Origin: Malassezia furfur
Lineage: Eukaryota
Direction: 5' to 3' (one strand)
NCBI GenBank assembly: GCA_052055015.1
Contig: JBQJIT010000030.1
DNA length: 49,790 nt
Positions 43,211 to 49,790 of the stretch are shown here, piece after piece (position 1 is the first letter of the stretch; every line of letters starts with the position of its first letter). Below the pieces are notes generated by a model, which saw nothing but the letters and a program-made list of their open reading frames with translations, searched no databases and was not told the origin of the DNA. Made by a program: the position numbers and the translations under genes.

Positions 43211-44405
43211 ATGGCGTCTGAGAAGAAGCGCGTGTTGATCCCCGGCGGTGCCGGGTACATTGGTAGCCATGTGGCGCTTACCGTGCTGAACACACGCAAG
43301 TTTAAGGTGACGAGTGCGTATCCCATTGGCTGACGCAGTCCTCGACAACTTCCATAACTCGAAGAAGGAAGCGGTGCGTCGCGTCGAGAAGCTTGCGCTG
43401 GATGAGCTTCCGGCCGATGCGAGCGAGCAGGACAAGGCCGACTGCAAGATCGAGCTGATCGAGGCCGACCTGCGCGACAGTGCGGCGATCGACAAGATCT
43501 TTGCGTCGCACACGGGTGCGGAGAAGTTCTATGCTGTGATCCTCATCGGTGCGCTCAAGGCTGTCGGCGAGTCGGGCGAGATTCCGATCGACTACTTTAA
43601 CGTGAACGTCGGCGGCACGCTCAACTTGCTCACTGCCATGGACAAGCACGACACGAAGCGCCTCGTGTACTCCTCGTCGGCCACGGTGTACGGCGCCCCG
43701 GAGACGATCCCCATTCCGGAGAGCACGCCGATGGACCCGCACAGCCCGTACGGCCACACGAAGCAGATCTGCGAGATGATCATCCGCGACGTATGTGCCG
43801 CGCATCCCGAATGGCGTGCGATTGCGCTGCGCTACTTCAAGTACGTCCCCCGCGAAACTAACGCAGCCCTGCCGGCGCCCACCCCTCCGGCTACATTGGC
43901 GAGGACCCGCGCGGAAAGCCGGGCAACCTGCTCCCGCTCCTGGCACACATGGCTGTGGGCAAGTACCGCGAGCCGGGCCTCAAGGTGTTCGGCAACGACT
44001 ACCCCACTCCCGACGGCACGTGCGTGCGTGACTACATCCACATCCTCGACCTAGCCGAGGGCCACCTGAATGCAATGGTCGCGCTCGACGACGACTCCAA
44101 GTTTGTGAACCAGGAGAAGGACGGCAAGTACCGCGCGTTCAACCTCGGCAAGGGTGTCGGTATGAGCGTGCTCAACATGATCGAAGCCATGCGCAAGGTC
44201 ACTGGCTACGACTACCCCTACGAGATCGTCGGCCGCCGCCCGGGTGATGTGCCGGACCTTACCGCGGACCCGACGCTCGCTGAAAAGGAGCTCGGTTTCA
44301 AGGCGACGCGCTCGTTGGACGACATGGTACGTTTGTCCCGCACTGACCCAGTCGCGCGACCTGTGGAACTGGCAAAAGAACCACCCCAACGGGTACGACT
44401 CGTAG
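43211..44405 (+). CDS. UDP-glucose 4-epimerase (GalE/Uge); introns 43314-43338, 43841-43866, 44327-44351
   Basis: [49 protein letters not shown] and RRPGD motifs. Spliced C-terminus [15 protein letters not shown]. No mutarotase fusion. Confidence 0.95.
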
Positions 44406-44419
44406 ACCTCCCTATCTCG

Positions 44420-46585
44420 CTAATTTACCCGGCCACGCACACCTGCATGGCGCGGACTCTCTGCACGGCCGGCCAAGGTTCCAAGCGCGGCGAGCGCCGT
44501 GTTGGAGCGCGTCAGGCTGGGGCTGCTCTGCCGCGCGCCCGCGGCATGGGACCGGTCGCGGTGCGAGCCTCGGTGCCAGAGCAGTCCAGACCCGCCGCGC
44601 GCGTCCTGGGTGCCCTGCGGACCGGCGCGCTTGGCTGTGCCGGCTTGCCCTGCGTGTTCCTGCGTGTGCAGATAGGCCATGTAGCCCGATCCGTTGGCGA
44701 CGCGCACGAGCGCCTCGCGGAAGGGGTCCGAGAAGCGCCGTGTCACGGTGTGGATCCGCTGGATCGATACGGCCTGGGCCGTGTACGCAATGGCACGCAT
44801 CGACTGGTTGTCGATAAAGTGCACATGCTCCTCCGCCTCACCAGCGCTGTCCGTCACCGTGTCCTCGTCGGGCGGCGAGGCCGCAAAGACCGGATCATCG
44901 CGGTCCGCCACGCCGGGCAGTAGCGACGCCATCGCCGGCACCTCGGCGCGGTCGAGCGCAAGCGCGTTCTCAAATGTGCTCGTCAGTGCGTGGATAAAGT
45001 GGAACGGGATCATGTTGGGTCCCAGTGTCGTGGCCGAGTCAGGCACCACCAGCTTGGCGCGCTCAGTGACGCTCTGTTCCATCCGCGGCGTCGACGCCGC
45101 GCGCAGATTGCCGCGTACACGCATGGGCGTCTCCTGTAAGGTGGGAGAGTCGAGTGGAAGTCCCGAATCAACGCGCGGTGTCAGCTCAACGTGGCTCAGC
45201 GAGTCCTTGTCAATTGAAGGGCCGCTCAGGCCGTAGTCCAGCAAGTACCTGTACTGCTGCGGTGCCTTTACCGAGTCGTTCGTGTTCCGTCGTGACCGCA
45301 CCTCTTCGTGGGAGAGTTGCGCCTTGACGCGGTCGACGAAGCCCTCGCTAAAGACGGACGTAGGCGGGACTTCCACCGAGATTACACGTCCAGGCACATT
45401 GTCTGCATGCGACTGTGCCAGCACGCTCTGTGCGCTCGCCGACGGGTCAAACTGCTGCTGGTACCGCGCAAACTTGGACACAATCGGCTTCGTCTGGCGC
45501 TCCACGGGGCGCCCGTGCAACAAGTTGGCAAACGTGGTCGCCATCAGCTTGCTCCCCGTCCCGCCTGCGCCCACGCGCACGGGCCCTGAATTCTCGCTCG
45601 AGACCGAGGGCATCGCCGAGCCGCGCCGCATGCCCAGGTTGCGCTGCAACAGCTGGGTGAGGTGCTCGTGCGAACTCATGCTGCGCTGTAGGTGCGTCTC
45701 ATTGAGAGACTGTGTGCTCGTGGTGCGCCGCATCCCTGGCGTGCGCTCCATCAGACTCGTGAGACTCGACACCGAATCGGCGCGGCTCCGTGCAAACTGA
45801 GGGGCATGCGCGTGTTCCTGCCCCATCTCTTCCAGCGTCAAATTTGAGGAACTCCCCAGCGAGTGCATCGAGGGCCGCGACGCAGGGACTCGCGCATCTT
45901 CTTGCTCTCCAAGATAGAAGCGCGCGGGCGCCTGCGAGGGGCGCTCGTCGGTCTCAATGCCGTGTTGCGTGCTGGTCACGCGCCGGGTATCAAGGACGGG
46001 TGCTACCGGTGCCGTCGGCTGGAATGCGTCGCGCCCGAGTAGCATCGAGCGCCGGCTGCGGATGGACCGCATCGACTGTGATGGCCGCATCTCCGTCGGA
46101 CTCGCGTTGGACGCCTGTGCCTGCGGATCGGGGAAGGTTTGCGCCCGCTTTTGCACATTTCTATCCGGTACCGAGTCGTGCGACGCAGGCTTCGGGCTCG
46201 GGGCACCCGTGCCTGTTTCAGGGGCTGCCGTGGTGGGCGACACAGGATTGCTCTCAGCAGTGGCTTGCGTATTGGCCGCGCGGGCATCAAGCCGTTCGAC
46301 ACGCGGTGAGCTCTCCTTGCTGCTAGGAGCATTGCCTGGCGCCTCAGGGGACGATGAGGGGCTCGCGCTCGTCCAGTTGTTTTCCGACTGGTCATCCACC
46401 TGCTCCGTGCGCGTGCTTGCCTTCCCCGTGTTTTTCTGTGGCGCCTTGCGGGACAGGGTGTCCAGTTGGGTTTGCGATTTCGTCCGTGATGCCCCATGTA
46501 AGCCGCGCCGGACTCGATCGTCCGTGCTTTTACGCCGGGCGTTGGGGGGACGGGTCGGGCGATCCGCGTCGCCGGTCGACGTCAT
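44420..46585 (-). CDS. Ser/Arg-rich, largely disordered protein, possibly TORC1 subunit Tco89-like
   Basis: 721-aa ATG ORF. The C-terminal [22 protein letters not shown] resembles the Tco89 conserved 'R....VRRF..P...L.R' block (weak, from memory). Confidence 0.5.
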   Translation of the reverse strand: MTSTGDADRPTRPPNARRKSTDDRVRRGLHGASRTKSQTQLDTLSRKAPQKNTGKASTRTEQVDDQSENNWTSASPSSSPEAPGNAPSSKESSPRVERLDARAANTQATAESNPVSPTTAAPETGTGAPSPKPASHDSVPDRNVQKRAQTFPDPQAQASNASPTEMRPSQSMRSIRSRRSMLLGRDAFQPTAPVAPVLDTRRVTSTQHGIETDERPSQAPARFYLGEQEDARVPASRPSMHSLGSSSNLTLEEMGQEHAHAPQFARSRADSVSSLTSLMERTPGMRRTTSTQSLNETHLQRSMSSHEHLTQLLQRNLGMRRGSAMPSVSSENSGPVRVGAGGTGSKLMATTFANLLHGRPVERQTKPIVSKFARYQQQFDPSASAQSVLAQSHADNVPGRVISVEVPPTSVFSEGFVDRVKAQLSHEEVRSRRNTNDSVKAPQQYRYLLDYGLSGPSIDKDSLSHVELTPRVDSGLPLDSPTLQETPMRVRGNLRAASTPRMEQSVTERAKLVVPDSATTLGPNMIPFHFIHALTSTFENALALDRAEVPAMASLLPGVADRDDPVFAASPPDEDTVTDSAGEAEEHVHFIDNQSMRAIAYTAQAVSIQRIHTVTRRFSDPFREALVRVANGSGYMAYLHTQEHAGQAGTAKRAGPQGTQDARGGSGLLWHRGSHRDRSHAAGARQSSPSLTRSNTALAALGTLAGRAESPRHAGVRGRVN

Positions 46586-46809
46586 GGCTAGATTGGGCCG
46601 GGTGCTGAATCAGTGAACATGAGACATACCGCGCCCCATCGCTCTTGGAAGAGGCAGCAGACGATTGACTGCTCCGCCTCGGCGCAGTGGATGAGGACAT
46701 GCCGTCCATACAACGTCGTCACGCCGTATCGAGTCCACCAAACGCAGGGCCAACGAGCGGCCGTTGCCTGTTGGCCAAATTAGGCACGGCAATGTCAACT
46801 ACCGCCGTG

Positions 46810-47773
46810 TTATTTAGTCAGCTCGATGAACCCCCCGGGGCAGCTATCTAGGTCCTCGGGGCAGTACCGCGTGTGTAGACGCGTGCAGTAACGCGGCGCA
46901 TGGATGGGTTGAACGGAAGGATCGCGGCGACGTGTTTGAGTTGCAACATGCGCTGAATACGAGGTATTCTTGTGATGCAAGTGCAGAGAACGTGTCGATT
47001 TCCGCTCGTGATCACACTCTGATTTGTTCTCTCGCAACGGACCAAGTGCAGTGAGGCACGAATCATTTACAGAGAGCGGTTCTTGTCTTGATTTCGATGA
47101 CGGGCTTGCCTGCTCTGCGGCTGGTACACAGGGACATTCGTGCTGCGTCAGCTAAACCCCCTACCTGGATGCGTTGTAAGAACGCTGTCGCCTCCTCAGT
47201 GCTAAGAAAATGCAACTGGAAACGACGATAGCACTCTTGTGTTCCGTCCGGGCAAACCGCGCCGATAGGCGTATCAGATTGTCGGCAACGGAAGCCCACA
47301 CGACTGCCTTGGTAGGTGGCCTTGAATATGAACTGGGCTCTTGTCGTACGTTGTATGTCTTCACGCTCCGATTTGGGGTGCCATGTATTGCTGGAAAGGT
47401 TCAGTGATTCCTTGGTGAGCCTGCAACCTACCAAGACCGTATATGACTTGTATGCTGAGAGGTTTCCGTCCTGAACACTCGTCAAACCACTCGGTATGGT
47501 CGGCGTAAAGGGGCACCATTCCACAGAAAGATACGTGTTTGGTGCTTCCCCTTCGTTCGTTATGGTCACCACGCGGCACCACAGCGGCTGAACGCTGACA
47601 TGTCCCCAGCGTTCAGACTTACTTGCAGGCTTACATGTGCAAGGACCATGCCCATTTTGTGGTACATACCCAGCATTCGGCTCCTCTTTTGCGCCATAAA
47701 GATCGTGTGCCTGCATGCGCGAGTATTTTTGTAGCCGGAACAGGCTGTATTGGACTGCACCACGCGTCACCAT
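46810..47773 (-). CDS. Candidate meiotic DSB factor Rec114/Rec7 (PH-fold); 22-nt intron 47143-47164
   Basis: N-terminal FRLQKYSR, then WGH, and RRFQLHFLSTEEATAFLQRIQ|HECPC. The intron GTAGGG...GCTGACGCAG joins it in frame to ORF 46810..47037. Confidence 0.55.
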
Positions 47774-47865
47774 TGAAAGTACCGCGGAGCAGGCGCGTCG
47801 TGCCGCCTCCACATGTGTTGCTCTGTGGAATTTAAACCGATCGTCCGACGTCTATCTACCCAAGG

Positions 47866-47918
47866 ACGCGTCGACGCGGTACTTCGAGTGCCTTTGCATT
47901 CAGATCCAAGGCACGCGT
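47866..47918. promoter_or_regulatory. Two MluI (ACGCGT, MCB-like) boxes at 47866-47871 and 47913-47918
   Basis: Directly visible in the divergent region upstream of the Rec114 candidate. Function is inferred. Confidence 0.4.
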
Positions 47919-47956
47919 TTTCGTTCCGGATAACTTTCTTTCGAGAAGCTCCAAGC

Positions 47957-48607
47957 ATGGATACGTATTTCTCAAATGCATCACACCATGGCTTGGGCGC
48001 GGATACAAGTGCGGCCTCCTTGTCATTTGGCGAGAAACGCAAACATGCTGATGATGAGATCGATGATGCCAACCTCGATAATCTTGCCGAGTATTGTCGA
48101 CAGGTGCGTACCTACGCTGGAACTGACCGGCAGAGTGTGGTTCCTCGTACAGAGTCTCAGAGAAAGGACGGCGACGGTCAAGTCCAATTTTATCCACTTC
48201 CTCCCGAGTTGAACCAAGCTGTCCTAAACTCGCTTGGTGCCGGCACTGCCAGACACTCCGAGAGTGAGGCGAGTCCTTCCTTGTTCACGAGGAACCTTGG
48301 TACCACGGATGCAAGATCGGCTCAGTCAAGCCCAGGCCTCTTACAACCAAGTATCTCGAGTGATATGCCTTTCTCGGGCAGAACCAACCCATCCGACTCG
48401 TGCTCCAACAGCGACTGTATGGAGGAAGAGGTTCACACCCCGCGCGAAGCATCTACATCACACGGGCCCCACTGCAAGAGCATTCCACAACTGTCTGTGC
48501 GGAATTATGGAGGAACAGCGTCGCAACTGTGGGCGTTGTGTCCCGACTGTGGTGCATTCTCCAAAGTGCACGAAGACAAACCCGTGCTCTTGTGTTACTC
48601 TCCATAA
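47957..48607 (+). CDS. Hypothetical protein with NLS-like KRKH and a C-terminal H-x2-H/C...C-x2-C putative Zn-binding motif; possible 30-nt intron 48104-48133
   Basis: ATG 47957. GEKRKHADDE near the N-terminus and HGPHCKSIPQL...QLWALCPDCGAFSKV at the C-terminus. Confidence 0.6.
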   Translation: MDTYFSNASHHGLGADTSAASLSFGEKRKHADDEIDDANLDNLAEYCRQVRTYAGTDRQSVVPRTESQRKDGDGQVQFYPLPPELNQAVLNSLGAGTARHSESEASPSLFTRNLGTTDARSAQSSPGLLQPSISSDMPFSGRTNPSDSCSNSDCMEEEVHTPREASTSHGPHCKSIPQLSVRNYGGTASQLWALCPDCGAFSKVHEDKPVLLCYSP

Positions 48608-48965
48608 AAAATTGTATATAAGCATCTCGCGATGCTAGTCATGCGCGAGCAGTGATGTCCATCCAAGGAATCTCTCACCCCCACCTCACGACGAACTGAC
48701 CAACTCTCATCAACACTACACAATGCCGCCCGGAGCAGCCACCACGCTGTGCACATGGGGAAATCAGTATCACATTGCTTTTTATTGGCATAGCAAATTG
48801 GGTAAAACCGTAGAGACGATCGTGCTCTGCAATACTGAACAGGTGCCAAAAATGCCTGGCCCATAGAATCAAATCCTTGGGTCATGCAGTACTCAGCCAT
48901 CAGCGTTGGCGACGCTGAAGACCTAACGTCTTGTTGCAAGCGTAATATCTGTCGTAACAGATAAT

Positions 48966-49553
48966 TTACTCCTCAGGGATCTCGATCGTGCCCTCGTCGA
49001 TGCCCTCAATAACATCGTGGGGGGCCTGCTTCTCGACCGTGCAGCCAACGCTCTGGCAGGTGCCGAGGATCTCCTTCACGGTGCTCGCGAGAGTGCGGCC
49101 GAACGACTTGAAGCGCATCGTCCGCGCAATGTTAATGATCTCGTCGAGAGGGATGTTGCCGCTGTGCACAATGTTCTTGGTCTTCTTGCGGTCACGCGGG
49201 GGCTCTGCGAAGTGTAAGCAACCATGCAAACCAATTCAATACATACCCTTCAGAGCCTTGATGACGAGCGACGACGCCGAAGGGACGACGGCCACCTGAG
49301 CCTGACGGTTCTGCACCGTCAGCTGGATGGTGACACGGAGACCCTTCCAGTCGCTCGACGCCTTCGCGATGTCCTCACCGACCTTCTTGGGGGCCTGTTA
49401 ATAGTTAGTAACTGGTTCTTTGACCAAGCGTGCAATACATACCAGACCCAGCGGGCCGATCTTGGGGGCAAGCGCAGAGGGAGCGCCGACCTCACCACCG
49501 GTGGTACGGAGGTAGATGATCTTCACTTCGTTAGGGTCGATCTTCGGCGCCAT
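48966..49553 (-). CDS. RPL12: 60S ribosomal protein L12 (uL11); introns 49395-49442 (48 nt), 49205-49246 (42 nt)
   Basis: [48 protein letters not shown]...[31 protein letters not shown]...[14 protein letters not shown]. Confidence 0.97.
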
Positions 49554-49790
49554 GGTGAAGGACTGTGGTGATGTCTGTGAACTCGAGCAGGCCTGCCTGA
49601 AGTCGAGCGGGGCCGCGCGCGCAAAATGTATCGGCCGAGTAGGAACTATAATTTGCACGTGCCGCAGAGGGTGCCTCCGCCAAAAAAAGTATAGTTTCGT
49701 GCACGCGGCAGCCTTGGCTGGCAAAAAGGTTCCAGTTCCAAGGCCTAGCGCTGCAACCTGTTGGGTCGGAAGAGCCGAATTCCGACGGAG

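Noticed and set aside
39545..44405. FIST-like + orphan + PrpF + epimerase as a biosynthetic gene cluster
   Set aside because: There is no backbone enzyme, transporter or cluster regulator, and adjacency is expected at this gene density.

Overview
Very compact, GC-rich fungal chromosome segment, most likely Malassezia or a related Ustilaginomycotina yeast (inferred from the gene set, gene density and tiny introns; not confirmed). By hand I reconstructed 31 protein-coding genes and one intron-containing tRNA-Asp(GTC). Most are housekeeping or cell-biology genes: VMA12-like, UreG/Ure7, MSS51, CWF18, STT4, PAC4-like, mitochondrial uS9/uS11, DPM3, HAT1, TIP41, two dienelactone hydrolases, ZIM17, an MSC2-like Zn transporter, a Cdc25-like RasGEF, a DCAF7-like WD40 protein, MCM5, PHB2, Tea4, a class IV chitin synthase, SF3B6, a FIST-like protein, a PrpF-family isomerase, UDP-glucose 4-epimerase, a Tco89-like protein, a candidate Rec114, RPL12 and three orphans. 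I saw no mobile elements or CRISPR arrays. The main observations are: (1) 39 inferred spliceosomal introns, 29 of them 22-26 nt and none shorter than 22 nt; (2) a candidate meiotic Rec114/Rec7 gene with upstream MluI boxes; (3) a broad GC trough centred near the tRNA that may be a relic centromeric domain; (4) CACGTG in most of the tiny promoters; (5) extreme compaction, including overlapping CDSs, overlapping start codons and 9-25 nt convergent gaps; (6) an unexplained structured region after RPL12. All exon structures come from reading the sequence and need RNA-seq confirmation.
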